A stretch of DNA of 63,084 nt, filler included, from Parachlamydiales bacterium (GTDB lineage: Bacteria > Chlamydiota > Chlamydiia > Chlamydiales > Parachlamydiaceae): assembly GCA_020051075.1 (NCBI GenBank). It is 5 parts of 5 records of this genome, joined end to end, with 100 filler letters (N's around TTAATTAATTAA, not from the genome) between each part and the next. Parts side by side here need not be neighbours in the genome. Positions count along the whole stretch, not along the records: positions 58,382 to 63,084 come from JAGVJP010000029.1; 4 more parts are not named here. One strand, given 5' to 3'. Positions within the stretch are counted from its first letter, which is position 1. Each line of letters begins with the position of its first letter. The notes under the pieces are model-generated. The model made no database searches, was not told where the DNA came from, and saw nothing but the letters and a program-made list of their open reading frames with translations. The translations under genes and the position numbers were made by a program. Shown in pieces: positions 63,077 to 63,084 of the stretch.

Positions 63077-63084
63077 GAGGTTAA

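Overview
Draft-genome window from an environmental chlamydia (Parachlamydiaceae/Protochlamydia-like; inferred from the tRNA-Gln-prs-rplY-pth-rpsF-rpsR-rplI-ispE order, tandem marC genes, the DUF3604 gene and the long SecA). It comprises five contigs joined by artificial 100-nt N-TTAATTAATTAA-N linkers (10448-10547, 28344-28443, 43053-43152, 58282-58381), so adjacency across those points is not evidence. Housekeeping genes (secA, hldD, ispE, ribosomal proteins, menG-like methylase) alternate with accessory genes: a caspase-like protease, a phosphatase effector candidate, a BNR protein, a TA remnant, and a giant cyclic beta-1,2-glucan synthase with CoA-transferase, ppsA and NAD-FDH. Three observations stand out. 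(1) Three tandem secreted collagen/C1q-BclA-like genes have length-matched Gly-X-Y stalks, suggesting a C1q-like heterotrimer. (2) A LuxR-solo, palindrome, M14 peptidase and proline iminopeptidase cassette resembles the host-sensing LuxR-pip modules of plant-associated bacteria. (3) Several families of intergenic palindromic elements nest inside one another, repeatedly next to one GGCATACGCA motif. Several unannotated gene remnants and two probable homopolymer frameshifts were also found. All family calls are from motif recognition only; no searches were run.
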